The position numbers and the translations under genes are program-made. From the NCBI GenBank assembly GCA_964016885.1, contig OZ024743.1, forward strand, positions 289,788,001 through 289,852,000: a stretch of 64,000 nucleotides of DNA. The letters run 5' to 3'. Under the pieces are notes generated by a model that was given only the letters and a program-made list of their open reading frames with translations, ran no database searches and had not been told where the DNA came from. The stretch comes from Eledone cirrhosa. Taxonomy: Eukaryota. Below, in pieces: positions 12,385 through 25,025 of the stretch (its first letter is position 1; every line of letters starts with the position of its first letter).

Positions 12385-13460
12385 ATAATTGCATCATTTA
12401 TTGGCCACAAAGGCCACATATAAGGGACAATACAGCAGATGGGGACAGTGGGGCTTTTACACAAAAATCGAGTAAAAATATAAATAACAATAACAAAATA
12501 ACAAGAAAAAATGCGAACAACAGAGTTCCCCAACTATATTGAACCACCTGACGCTTCGAGAGCACTCTGGAAGAGAACCCCTCTCCTCTTCAAATCAGAC
12601 AGTTTAAAGTGGCATGCTCAGAGCAGACCCATTCCATTCACACGGGGTATTCTTCCTACATTAACCCACCTTTTAGGAAATGTACTGGGGGTAATCCTCT
12701 TCTCTCCATCCTCACCTTCCTTTCCAAGTGAAACTTGAAAAAGTTGATGAAAGATTGGCTGCAGAGGAACGTGTCTGTCTTCAGTCATTTCAAACTGGTC
12801 CACCACACAACCTCTTTCGCTACTGTCACCAGACAGAGGAACATTTCCTGCACTTCCCGGCCAAAAGAAAGTTGCGAGTCGATCTTCACTATGGACTCGG
12901 TCGATAGCTGGGTCTGTTATACACGCGATAGCAGTTGTTCGATAAAGCTCCACAAGTCAGCAATGCACGGACACTGGATGAGCGCGTGTAGAACGGTTTC
13001 GTCGCTCTGCGCGCATATCGGGCAAGTCTTTCTGACACAACTTCCCGGCCTGTAGAGTTCATCTCGAACCGGCAGTGCCACCCGGTAGCACTGCCAAGCG
13101 AGGGATTTCTGGAAGTTGTACATAGTCCCCGGCTCGAAAGGCCTCCGGCACCGACAGGTCAGTTCTTCTTGGTCGATGCCAAGAGTGCGTCGGTGCATTT
13201 GTTTCTCCACACTAATACTCTATAGAACTCGAGAGTGGAAGTTCCATTGACCGCATTTCCCGCCTGGTAGATGCCAGGCGCTCAGTGTCGGTCTCTTCGT
13301 GACCCAAGACTGCAGCGCAGTCAAAGTGACGAGCTGCGGAAAAGGCCGTCTTCAAACGGCGACCACACATGTTCACCGTTTAGGTAGAATATCTGGAGAT
13401 GCTGCAACCTAAGTGCATGTTAGCGCATCATTAGCCACGGCATGCCCATTCCAGGCGCCT
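12385..13460 (-). mobile_element. L1/Tx1-like LINE 3' fragment (zf-RVT region), frameshifted
   Basis: FQKSLAWQCYRVALPVRDEL..CPICAQSDETVLHALIQCPCIADLWSFIEQLL, a CxxC...H...C knuckle; same family as 50930-51700. Confidence 0.75.
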
Positions 13461-13569
13461 AAATAAATCAGGCTATTAGATCATTCATAAACCATCTTCT
13501 GGTTGTATATGTCCTGAAACTATTTGAAAAGTCTGAAAACCAGATAGGTTCCTTGGTTATAACATCCCA

Positions 13570-13880
13570 GGTATGTAGCAGTGATATCGGTATGGAATTT
13601 TGGTTGTCCATAAATGGTAAAGAAAACGAAAAATGGTAAAATATGCAGACTTGAAAGCAAGATTAGTACCAATTGTGGTTGGAGTTCTTGGATTGTAGAC
13701 ATAAACCTCTGGAAATAACTTGATAGAATCGGTATCAACCCCATAATGACGACTTTCTAGAAAATAGCACAATTGCCGAAAGTACTGACTATCCGAGATT
13801 ACATAACTTGAGAAGGAATCAATTAAATGATCCAGTGTTAATAACATCATCACTGTGCAATGGAATAATAATAATATTAA
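13570..13880 (+). mobile_element. Highly decayed Dong/R4-like REL C-terminal fragment
   Basis: Frameshifted KENEK..KYADLKARLVPIVVGVLG..LDRIGI; ends in (TAA)n. Confidence 0.5.
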
Positions 13881-13882
13881 TA

Positions 13883-14101
13883 ATAATGGTTTCTGATTTA
13901 GGCCCTAGGCCAGCAATTTCGTAGGAGGGGGAACTCGATTAAATCAACTCAGTGCATTTCTGGTGCATTATTTTATGGAGACCGTAAGGATGGAAGGCAA
14001 AGCTAAACTCTGAGGAATTTGAACTCAGAACATAAAATGATGCAACTCTATGCTGCGAAGCATTTTGTCGGATGCTCCACTGATTCTGCCGACCATCTGC
14101 C
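13883..14101 (-). mobile_element. Nin-domain tRNA-derived SINE (diverged)
   Basis: AGGCCAGCAAT...GGATGGAAGGCAAAGCTAAAC..GGAATTTGAACTCAG matches the other copies. Confidence 0.75.
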
Positions 14102-15394
14102 GTCAATGTGCATTTAGAATCTTTCGATCACATGCTCGTCCACATTGTGAATGAGTCTGTAAGTCTTGAGAATAGTTCCAGAGTACTGAACCCGCTGTTA
14201 AATCGGTATTACAGTGCAGAGTGGCGTGTCTGTACTTTGAGGTTTAAGTACTTTGTGAGGTTTTGATAAGGCAACACAGAGCTAATTTAAGGATGATGTT
14301 TTGGATATTTATATGTTTAGCAGTAGTTTTGGCCCATATAGTGGAGGAGTGCACTATTAAGTATCAAAATCACTCTCTGCGTTTTATCAGCAACTGTTCA
14401 GAGTTGAAGCTTTAGCCGGTCCTGACAATAATCTGCAGTCTAAGTAAGTGTATCAATGATTCGAACGGAATGCAACAAATTCTACGATTTGTAATATGTG
14501 TTTTTACATAAACTAAACTACAGTCGTTTTTCGCCAAGGGTGCAGTATAGATTAAAAAAATACAGACTCAAGCTTGAACGAACAGAACATGCACAATCTG
14601 AGACATACAGGGAGAGAGAGCTGTATAATATCTTAGCCAAACTTCAGTTGGATTTGATCATAATGCAAATCGATTGAGAATTGGCTTTAGAAATTGTTGG
14701 TATCATACATATTGTTATTGTAATTAAATATACGGATATATGAGGGTGATGGCATTATATGTCTTGATGATGGCTTTCACAGAATTGCAAAAGCCAAATA
14801 AATCACAAGAAATTTCCTTACTACAGAATATATTTCCTGCGTCAATTTTTGTTTGATAAAGTATTTACACCTAAACAAAAATTAAAGAAAGGAAAAACGA
14901 ACCAAACGGTGAAGAAAATGATATTCAAAATAAATAATTTTCCTAGAAAAGCATTTAACTGAATGTCTAAAAAATCAATTTACCTACCTTTTGGATTTTG
15001 GTGAACTCACAATCAATTCTAGCACATGTACCTTCGCTAAAATGCAAAGAACCACAATATGTTAAACGACGATCACACTTTTTCTTAGTTCGGCGTGAAT
15101 ATTGTCAGATTATTCACACCAACAACGAATGCGGCATAACCGCATATCATATTCTTATAATACTCGGCCTGCCTGCTTATCAATGGGGAATAAGGATAAT
15201 TCAGAAAACCTTCGAAATTAGAATATTTTAGCAGTCACGATGAAGCAACCTAATAACGGGGCATTGTTAATAAACGGTTAAAATAAAGATCGTTTTTATC
15301 TCATCAGCTGTCAGTATTTCTCACTTAATCCCAAGTAATTCAGTGATAGTTCCTAGATGAAAGTATAAATGTGAATGGTCGATACATTGGAAGC

Positions 15395-15725
15395 AAGCAT
15401 GGCTTGGTGGTTAAGGAGTTCACTCCAAGATAATAAGGTCAGGTGGCCGATCAGATTGCGTGCAAGTGTCTTTCCATGTTCTCTGGTCGATCCAAACCTT
15501 GTTAAGGGAAACTTTGAGAAAACATGTCAGAATGATTGAACCCGTAATCTGAAAGTTGTCCAGCCTTGTTCATTATCATATCAGGTGGATTATACTTGGG
15601 ATTCATGTTAAAGGTGCTTGCAACTGTGTCATTCTAAACCACTTGCACACCTATTCACGATATGGACAATCACGTGATCGAAAGAACTTTAATAAACATC
15701 GACGAAACCGACGGAAGATCCATTA
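15395..15725 (+). mobile_element. Second, older tRNA-headed SINE family (related relics about 34200-34420 and 39635-39930)
   Basis: A-box-like TGGCTTGGTGG head, CAAGTGTCTT...GGTCGATCCAAACCTTGT body, CAGCCTTGT and ACCGACGGA..TCCA tail. Confidence 0.5.
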
Positions 15726-16572
15726 TCAGGAACAATTTCGATTTAATACATTGTCGATAGAATTGCCCCTCTCCAAATTATTGGTTGCATAATCTATAAG
15801 TAAGTTGAGCTTTTCAACTCTCAATTTCCTTCTAAATGAGATAAAAAATATATATTTACATACATATCGAATATTTCCAAAGAAATAATTTGTCTATCTG
15901 CAAAATATTTGGTGGCGTTGGTATTAGCGTTAGTAGTAAACGTCCTAGTATTAGCTGTGGAGCGGTGGATATTCATATATGTTAAAGACATGTAAAATAT
16001 CTTGTTTATTATAAGGAATTATATAACCTTTAGCGAGGAACATAGAGTTGTTGTGATACCATTAATACGACATATATGTCTCTATACATCTTGGAAACAG
16101 CATACACATATACATACACTCAAAGCCATTCACACTAAAAATATATATATATAAAGATACTTAGATATAAATACACACACACACACACATATAAATATAT
16201 ATATATACAAACATACATGCATTTCATACATAAGTACATACATAGATAAATACATACATTTGTGCAAAGTTGTGTTGAAGACAACGAGATTTTGAATATT
16301 ATTCAGATGACTACTCGATTCGGGAGCTTATTTTCCGAAGGATACGAACACAGCAGGATTTAATGCATTTCGTTAGGAGACATTTTCCATATGATCTTTA
16401 AGTTTTTATTGAGAAATAGCAAGGAAGGTGACTTTGCTTGCTGGAAGGGGCGAAAATATTCTGCATATTATTTTCTGATTTCTCTCTCTTTCTCCCTCTA
16501 CATTTCTAGATAAATATACATTTATACATATAAAAATAAAATATATGGAATGTTCATATTTGAATATAAATA

Positions 16573-16731
<159 letters not shown>

Positions 16732-17410
16732 TATTTATATATATATATAATTATATTTGACATATATATATATATCAAATTTAAGATAGAAATTGCTTCT
16801 ACAGGACTAGGACTATTTCATTCGAAAAAAAAAACCCACCAGGAAAGCCAAGTAGTATTTAAATGTTTTATGGTGGTTGGATAAGGTGGTGATATTGGTC
16901 ATCGGTAGAGGTCGTTGGCCAAAGGATTTCATGCATTATGTAATGGTCAAATGACTCTCCACATTACTCGTAGGCACCTGTAAATTCTTCGCCATCTACA
17001 TAAGTTTTGTATCCAATTTTCTCAGCTGGTGTTTCTAGTGATCGGCCATAGCTATGGACATTTTTGTTGGATTCATTTCATATTACACATTTCCCAATAT
17101 TTCTTACGTCAACTTTTTTAAACATCCCCCCCTCTCTCTATCTCCCCCTCTGTCTCTCGCTATCTCTAATCTCTGTCTCCCTCACACACACACGCACACG
17201 CACATATATATATTAGTGTTAAATAATGAATATAATAGCAATAGTGTGACTACGTGTAATTACCATATTAAAAATGTTAATAACACAATTAGTCTGTCTA
17301 CAATAAACGATGCTAAATCTAACTACATTAATAAAATACTAACATCCCAATATTTAGTTGCAAGTTAGGGGTTCCTAACATTTGCATTCTTTGGGGCAAT
17401 TGTCTTAGAA

Positions 17411-17603
17411 ATAATTGTTTCTAATTTAGGCACAAGGCCACCAATTCTCCCAATGTATTACAGGTGCTTTATTTCATCGACCCCGAAAGGATGAAAGGCA
17501 AAGTTAAGCTCAGCGGAATTTGAACTCAGACCGTAAAAGGTCATAACTCTATGCTGCAAAGCAAGGCGTCAGACGCTCTACCGATACTTCCAATACACCG
17601 CCA
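17411..17603 (-). mobile_element. Nin-domain tRNA-derived SINE
   Basis: GGCACAAGGCC..TCGACCCCGAAAGGATGAAAGGCAAAGTTAA..GGAATTTGAACTCAG..CTCTACCGATACTTCCAA. Confidence 0.85.
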
Positions 17604-17779
17604 TGTCTTAAGAAATAATGTTATATAGAAATGTGAAGTCCTAACACTTAGAAACAATTACATTTATAGAGGAACAGCTAGAAATAATTTAGACACGTTT
17701 TGATAGGCATTTATACTATTTTAAAATGAAAAATCAAAATAAATATCTCTAAGACTAACTGCCGGGCTGGAAGTGTTAT

Positions 17780-18139
17780 CATGAATAGTATCACGACACG
17801 GAAGGCAGAAGGCTGAATTAAATGCAAGAATTGCAGGAGCTTGTGCTGTAAAGTGCCAGTTTCAGCATTCGGTAATCAGGAGAAAGGAGGATAGTGATAA
17901 AGCCAAACTCGTTATCTTCAATTCGGTATTCGTGACAACCCTCATCTATGAACTTGACTGATTTCGCGTCGGGATCCAGCCGGATCAGATGGAGACGGTT
18001 GCTTCTGACATGGTCCACAGCAAGGATTGTTTGAGGACTGTGCCTCCACGAACCTCTCAGGAATAAGTGGGCGGCGAAGAAGAAGAAGAAGAAGAAGAAG
18101 AAGAAGAAGAAGAAGAAGAAGAAGAAGAAGAAGAAGAAG

Positions 18140-18168
<29 letters not shown>
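17780..18168 (+). mobile_element. Internally deleted RTE LINE 3' end with (GAA)n tail
   Basis: LNARIAGACAVKCQFQHSVIRRKEDSDKAKLVIFNSVFVTTLIYE (RTE post-RT motif), then VPPRTSQE* and about 31 GAA repeats. Confidence 0.65.
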
Positions 18169-18170
<2 letters not shown>

Positions 18171-18667
18171 TGTTCTCTACATACCTAGCTGAATTAATCT
18201 GGCGTTTAAAAAACGATAACATGATACTCTCTTAAGTCAGAAATTATTAATTCAGAACACCGCTTAAGTAGGAGGTAGATATAAATGCAATTTTGGTTTA
18301 AGTCTAGCGTTAGAAATAATCACTTCAAAATTATCTTTTTTTTTATTCGAGAAATGAAATAATCCTTCGCTGTTCACATATAAGACTTCACTCTTTCTTT
18401 TACAAAAATACCAAACCAGTTTAATTATAACCAATGCAACCATGTTGAAGTATTTTATTAAAACGCACGTTTGAATTATGTATCCTTTAAACCACGCTCT
18501 TATGTTAACATTTCTTATAACATTATTATTATTTATCCCTTTCAGATTACTATATCTAATGAACCCTAATATTCAAATTCTAGGTTTTAAATACATATAT
18601 ATATATGTGTGAATATCTATGTGGTTATGTAAATGTATATATACGTGCGTATGTATATATAATTGTA

Positions 18668-18736
<69 letters not shown>

Positions 18737-18772
18737 AATTGTTTCTCTCTCTCTCTCTCTCTCTCGCTCTCG

Positions 18773-18823
<51 letters not shown>

Positions 18824-18938
18824 GTGGAATATTAAATATTATCCAATTACAAGTATGAAAATAGCTCAATGTAAAGTAACATGTGTTCTACAAAGCCGAA
18901 ATACATTGTAAATCAATGAGTATTTCAAACATTTAATA

Positions 18939-18982
18939 ACTTACGATCGTTTCATCCTAGCACACGACTAGATCATCGGAGT
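18939..18982 (-). ncRNA. Minimal type I hammerhead with one core mutation
   Basis: act-CCGATGA-tctag tcgtgtg ctagga t-GAAA-cgatcg-TA-agt; palindromic stem III. Confidence 0.65.
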
Positions 18983-19610
18983 AGATAATAAAGGTAAAAA
19001 ACAAATATAATATCAGAACTTTGTCACAAGAAGATTAAGAGGATACATAATATGGGAAGTAAGCATAGGTATCAACATTTATATAAGATAAGATAACAAA
19101 GGCGAAAGAAGCATATGAAGAATAAGACCATATAAGTGCAATAAAATTAGGAGCAGATAAAAGCCGTTAAAAAGTAAAAAAAAAACAAAAGTAAAACATG
19201 CTGCTACAGATGATGACATCATCTGTGGTACTATTATGTTTCCTCCCGTTGTATTGATAATACAACGGGATGAAAGAGTTTTGATAGACTATTTATATAT
19301 ATTTATATCTATATGTTTAACCGTTGGTTAATCATTGATAAACATTAATTGCCAGCAAAACTAACTATGGAGATATAAAATATACAAGCGAAAACCAATC
19401 AAAACTAAACAGTGTGTGTGTTTTATTATTATTTCTGGCAATATTATAACAATATAACCCTCCCCAAATATAACACTATATATATATATATAATAACGTT
19501 ATGCGTTCCTACACGTTATTAATACACACATGAATGCAAGCATAGTCCGACCGTATGCTATTGTGGTCAATGTCAAGTTAATAAATTAACAAGCCAGAAC
19601 ATATAAATCG

Positions 19611-20026
19611 AGGGAGTGTAAACACAGAAAATACCTTAAAAAATAATAATAATTAAATTCCAAGAAATTCACTGTACTTACTATATGTGCCCTTATCGCG
19701 ATTTCAGATCCCAAACAAATAGATAATCCAAGCGGATTTTCATTGAGAAAGAGATCATCGTCAGAAGGCTTTTCTGTCTCGGAGAATATAAAATTCCCGA
19801 GTTCAAATTACAAACTGGCGCCATAAAAAGTGCCTCAGAATGAGAGTGAATGAATGATGAAACAATTTCATTATGGATCGTGTCCTAAGATAAAGCAGGG
19901 TGGAATTCCGCTTGGATTATTTATTTGTTTGGGATCTGAAACCGCGGTAAGGGCACATATAGTAAGTACAGTGAAAGTTTTGGAATTTAATTATTATTAA
20001 AGATATTTTCTCTGTTTACACTCCCT
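19611..20026. repeat. Inverted repeat (19611-19744 / 19901-20026) of an HHR-bearing PLE-like tail
   Basis: AGGGAGTGTAAACA..CACTGTACTTACTATATGTGCCCTTA versus TAAGGGCACATATAGTAAGTACAGTG..TGTTTACACTCCCT. Confidence 0.85.
19689..19769 (-). ncRNA. Type I hammerhead with long loop II
   Basis: gcctt-CTGACGA-t gatctc (about 40 nt) gggatc t-GAAA-tcgcga-TA-agggc. Confidence 0.75.
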
Positions 20027-20027
20027 T

Positions 20028-20062
<35 letters not shown>

Positions 20063-20125
20063 CAAGGGAGTGTATGTGTGTGTGTGGCTATGTGTGTATG
20101 TGTGTGTGTGTGTGTGTGGCTATGT

Positions 20126-20163
<38 letters not shown>

Positions 20164-20571
20164 GTGTGTGTGTGTAATTCTATAAAATTCTGTAAAATCG
20201 GTACATGCTTTTTTGAACGTGAATGAATGTGCTGTGTGGCGTCTTTTCTTTTTAACTATAATATTTTCTTCAATTATTTTTAGTCTAATGTACATAGCTA
20301 AACATAATAATTAGACTGATATAGACTTGTAAAATCTTCTCTATTGACACAAAAATCAACACAAAAAATAACGTCAGTACTTACGTATAATGATTGGAAC
20401 TACAAGATCAACTGAATCATAATTATAGTTATGATCATCTTCATCACTATCGTCATCATGATTACAATGATGAATATCATCACTGTCATCTTCACTATCA
20501 CATTATTGATGTGTGCCACCATCATCAGTATCGATCTATTATATCATCATACTTCTCCTAGTCAAGGTTTC

Positions 20572-20577
20572 CATCAT

Positions 20578-20615
<38 letters not shown>

Positions 20616-20712
20616 CCATCTTCCTCATAATCACCGCCGTCATCTTCATCAACATCACCAGACTACACTACTAATACTACTACTACTACTATTGGTGCTG
20701 CTGCTGCTGCTG

Positions 20713-20769
<57 letters not shown>

Positions 20770-20871
20770 TTACTGTTGCTGCTGATAATGATGATGATTC
20801 TGCGGCTACTACTACTACTAACACCACCAGCACTACTACTACTACTAATACCACCGCCACCACCACCACCT

Positions 20872-20910
<39 letters not shown>
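20572..20910. repeat. Compound trinucleotide microsatellite (CAT)n/(CTA)n/(CTG)n
   Basis: Read directly; explains the spurious poly-H/L/S/V ORFs. Confidence 0.95.
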
Positions 20911-20911
<1 letters not shown>

Positions 20912-22008
20912 AAAATGAAATCAACAAACCAAATATAAAGAAGTGAATCTACGTCAATACCGAGTAATGTTTAATGACTGAATCACTCAGAACACAATTG
21001 AATCAAGCAGCAAATACAGAGATGATTAAATACTGCAATTAGATATGACGTAACACAATACGTTGTTAATCTGTATCATGTATATCTATGTTTTCTTAGC
21101 TCTTTTTTTATTTTAGGCAAATTATTAATTTCTGATATAAAGGCTCGAGGTCAAGTGGATAGATTTCTGTATTCTTGATCACAATGATGTCGGTTTGGTT
21201 CACAGACGGCCTCTGGTAATTTCTCCTTGATTGAGGCATTTCATTTCACCTTGCTCCAGTTAAACAGCAGCAGTCTAAGTGAATCATCTTGGAACCGGGA
21301 TAAGCTACGAGTTTGTGCAAGCCATATAAACATCAAAGGTCGGTCGGAAAATTATGAACTTTATATATTTCATTACAGTTGCTTGATGTATTCTTTTAAA
21401 ACGGAACACACTGATGAGAAACAAAGATGACTCTGTCGCTTTAAGATAACAACCACGCTGTAAACACGTTGTCAAGCAAATAGATGTCTGCCTCTGGATA
21501 TAACGAAGAAAAGAAAAACAACAACGAAGTTCAGTAGACTCATTTTCAAGTTGATGTGACCAAGGTCACACGACCTCAAACACAGCATAAATAATAAATT
21601 CTTGATTCAAATCTACATGCAAATTAATCTATTTTCTCTGTAAAAGAAGAGAATAATAGTTGGTTACAATTGTTTTTCTCAGTAACATGGCCTATAATTT
21701 AAAATGTTTCCAGATACATCTACATTAAATTCATAATTCACGTAAAAAAATTCAAATTCGTATGTACTCTGATTAAAGGAGCTTATTTGTTATGTTATTA
21801 CTATTATGAATAGTAGTGATGTTATAGTTGTCCTTCATGTTCTTGTTGTTCCGGCTTCTGCCGTTGTTAAGCTATCAAGATATGTTGAAGTTTAGATCAG
21901 ATGGACTTGATTTCTAAGTGGTTTTAAGATTTGAATGCTTCTGCTATTTGTGCATATTTCTAAGGAACACATAACGCCACAACTTTACCATTTAACAAAC
22001 GCACGCAA

Positions 22009-24243
22009 TTGCCGTCGCAGGTCGATGAACAAACAGAAGCACAATTTAGTATAGCTAGATCCGAACTTAGAAATATTATAGAACAGTATAGCAAGAAGCA
22101 TAATAGAATGGAGGCCCAGCAACTGGGAGAAAAATTTGCAAATGGCTTGCGTAAGCTCATGCAGCGCTCACGTAATGGAGAGATAGCATGCTTTCCAACA
22201 GACAAGTCTGGCAGAATGTCGGTTGACAGCCTGCCAAACTACATCCAGGCAATGCAACCCCACATCACTAACACAAGAGAGGTAACACCACAGGAGCATG
22301 AGGATAGAGAAAAAGCCCTCAATGTCCATATGATGATGTGGACGAATATAATGCAGCCCAACAAAAGGACTGCCAACAATTTCCAGGCCTGGAACAATGA
22401 CGTGCCAGCGTTGTATGGGCTTCGAAAAGACCATAAAACGGGCTGTGACCCTGTCGCGGGACCACCAACACGGCCAGTCTGTGGAGCTAACATTGCTAGT
22501 AACTACAGACTGTCCTACTTCCTCTCCCTGATCATACGCCCCATCATTGAAATGTCCCCAGATGTATGTGACAGCACGGAGGACCTCCTCAGCAGAATCC
22601 GCGTGAGTAACCGATCTGGGGACCTAACAAACTGCATAATAGGCAGTATGGATGTTGTGTCCCTGTATCCATCTATTGACGTGGATTTTGCTGTGGAGAA
22701 ATGCGTAGAAATGATCAGTGAGAGCAAGGTTGAGTTCCGTGGGATTGATACCAGTGAGCTGGGACTTCTACTTAAGCTTACCTATAGTAATAGTTACCTA
22801 GACACATATGACCTTAGCAACCTGTGCCCTACAAGACCAGCAAGAGGCAGACCACCTACCATTACCTCAATGTCCAAGAAAACCCACACAGATAGATGGA
22901 AGGGGTGGACCAGAGCCATACGGACACCCGAAAACCACGATGAACTGAAGAAAATGATTGCACATGCGGTAGGGGCCAGCATAAAACTAACCCTTAAGGA
23001 ACATATGTTCAAATTTAATGGAAAAACATATGCCCAAGAGGAAGGAGCAGCCATTGGTGTTAGCATTGCAGGCGACATAGCTAACTTATTCATGGTATGG
23101 TGGGACAGTAGACTTAAACTTAAACTTAAAGAACAATTAGAAGACCCCTTAACCCTGATAATGTACTCCCGCTACGTAGATGATATAAACATCGTAGTTA
23201 AGGCACCCCCACTAGAGAACAGTCAGGAACTAGAGAAAAACACAATGGAAAGCATCCAGCAAATAGCAAACTCCATCCACCAGAGCATTAGAGTTACTAT
23301 AGACTACCCAAGTAGACACCCCAACCATCGATTACCTGTACTAGACACAGAGCTCTGGTTAGATACCATTAACAACCAAAAACAAATCCTCCATTCCCAT
23401 TATGCCAAACCGATGACTTCCAAACATCTGATCCACCGAAACTCGGCCATTTCGGACCATACCAAAATCAACATACTGATTGCGGATTTGGTACGGGTGA
23501 TGAGAAATGTGTCCCGCATGTGCAACCCCGAAGAACTAGAGAGACACATACAACACTTCATCCACCGTATGCAGTTCTCTGGCTACAATCAGAGAGATAG
23601 AATCAGAGTGTATAGAGGAGCCAGAACCAAATGGGAAAAAATGGTAAATAATGACATAAATGGGACCTGCCCCTTGTATAGGAGCAAATTTTGGAATAGA
23701 CTAGAAAGAACTAGGAACAAGGCTAATAGAATAAACTCATGGTATGATAGCAATAAATACCAGAGTGTAATGTTCATCGATACAACCCCTAGAGGCGAAC
23801 TAGCCTACAAATTTAGAAGGGCCCTAAATAAACATAAACTCAATATTAAGATAGTAGAAAGACCAGGTACCTCCGTAAAAACACTTATTAGCAAGACATA
23901 CCCTTTTCAAAGACCCTCATGTATAGATAAGAAATGTATAACCTGTAAAATAAGCCCCCATATTAACTGTAAAACTAGAAATGTAGTGTATAGCATAAGA
24001 TGTACTGAAGGACAATGTAGAAACAAAAACATAGTGTACATAGGTGAGACAGCTTGTAGTATAGGAGAACGGATAAATGAACACTGGCGAGACCTTCAAG
24101 ATAATAAAGAATCATCTGTACTCTACCAACATGCTAAGATAGAACACAAGGGTAAATTAGAGAACATAGAAATAAAAATAGAATCTACACACAGAAAAGA
24201 TGCAATGTTTAGACAAATTACAGAGGCAATAAACATAAAATAA
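22009..24243 (+). CDS. PLE polyprotein: reverse transcriptase + Cys linker + GIY-YIG endonuclease (N-truncated, premature TAA about 19 codons before the natural end; possibly Nematis/Neptune-like)
   Basis: PTDKSG, LYGLRKDHK, PTRPV, GSMDVVSLYPSI, QEEGAAIG, RYVDD, LPVLD, YAKP; then CIDKKCITC..NC..RNVVYSIRC...YIGET..ER..EH...RQITEA. Frame is open from 21964 and resumes after TAA as LQPKLNRKYEW to TAG at 24303. Confidence 0.93.
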   Translation: MPSQVDEQTEAQFSIARSELRNIIEQYSKKHNRMEAQQLGEKFANGLRKLMQRSRNGEIACFPTDKSGRMSVDSLPNYIQAMQPHITNTREVTPQEHEDREKALNVHMMMWTNIMQPNKRTANNFQAWNNDVPALYGLRKDHKTGCDPVAGPPTRPVCGANIASNYRLSYFLSLIIRPIIEMSPDVCDSTEDLLSRIRVSNRSGDLTNCIIGSMDVVSLYPSIDVDFAVEKCVEMISESKVEFRGIDTSELGLLLKLTYSNSYLDTYDLSNLCPTRPARGRPPTITSMSKKTHTDRWKGWTRAIRTPENHDELKKMIAHAVGASIKLTLKEHMFKFNGKTYAQEEGAAIGVSIAGDIANLFMVWWDSRLKLKLKEQLEDPLTLIMYSRYVDDINIVVKAPPLENSQELEKNTMESIQQIANSIHQSIRVTIDYPSRHPNHRLPVLDTELWLDTINNQKQILHSHYAKPMTSKHLIHRNSAISDHTKINILIADLVRVMRNVSRMCNPEELERHIQHFIHRMQFSGYNQRDRIRVYRGARTKWEKMVNNDINGTCPLYRSKFWNRLERTRNKANRINSWYDSNKYQSVMFIDTTPRGELAYKFRRALNKHKLNIKIVERPGTSVKTLISKTYPFQRPSCIDKKCITCKISPHINCKTRNVVYSIRCTEGQCRNKNIVYIGETACSIGERINEHWRDLQDNKESSVLYQHAKIEHKGKLENIEIKIESTHRKDAMFRQITEAINIK

Positions 24244-24511
24244 TTACAACCAAAATTAAATAGAAAATATGAGTGGAACAGCAACATCACAACTTACAAT
24301 TAGGGACAAAATGAAAACACACACACACATAGAGCAAACAGCCAACCAATAAAATGTAAATAAATAAATAAACAAATAGATAAATGAACATAAACACACA
24401 CAGACACCCGGATGTGGCGCATGCGCAAACTGAGCACACAACACACACACAGAAACAAAATGGCGTAGGACAGAACAAAGGAAAGGCACAGAAACAAAGA
24501 AAGGAATCCCC

Positions 24512-24556
24512 AGTCACTGAAGAGATCACAGAGTGTGTGACGAAAGGACTATGACT
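24512..24556 (+). ncRNA. Minimal type I hammerhead ribozyme in the PLE 3' UTR
   Basis: agtca-CTGAAGA-gatcaca gagtg tgtgac-GAAA-ggac-TA-tgact; intact core and stem I. Confidence 0.85.
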
Positions 24557-24777
24557 ATATATAAACAACTATCTGGTTGTGGAACCAACCAACCAACCAA
24601 AAATTTATAAATTTATAAATTTGTAAATTTATAAATATATAATAAATTGAAGTGAAAGCATCGGGTGCGTGTGATTCTTATTGGCAACATGACCCTCCCA
24701 AAGTATAACAATATCGGTTTCAACACACGATTTCAGATAAAGAATCTTGCTAAACAAATTCAGAAACGAAACATACA

Positions 24778-24815
<38 letters not shown>

Positions 24816-25025
24816 TTATTTACTTTGCTCTGTCACTTTAGGGAAACTGGGAATTAAATTGACATTTTTGTTTCGATTTATTTCCAACACCCCCATAGCT
24901 CTTAATTGATGGTGACCCAAGTATACATCTCCAATAAAACATATTGTCCATATATGTAAAGAAGAGACCATCGAAATATAACATGAGCTCGAAAGGCAAA
25001 TACATAAGGCATTATTGAGGTAAAT

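Larger units (their letters stand above)
21964..24620 (+). mobile_element. Penelope-like retroelement, 5'-truncated, with 3' UTR/pLTR and hammerhead
   Basis: Single RT-GIY-YIG ORF followed by about 300 bp UTR containing an HHR; no upstream pLTR seen. Confidence 0.92.

Noticed and set aside
20431-20946. 171-aa ORF with poly-His and poly-Leu
   Set aside because: Trinucleotide microsatellite; no protein-like complexity.
22168-24099. Antisense ORFs within the PLE
   Set aside because: Shadow frames of the RT ORF with no recognisable motifs.
24241-24243. In-frame stop as selenocysteine or programmed readthrough
   Set aside because: Codon is TAA, not TGA, and I recognised no SECIS; a nonsense mutation is the simpler explanation.
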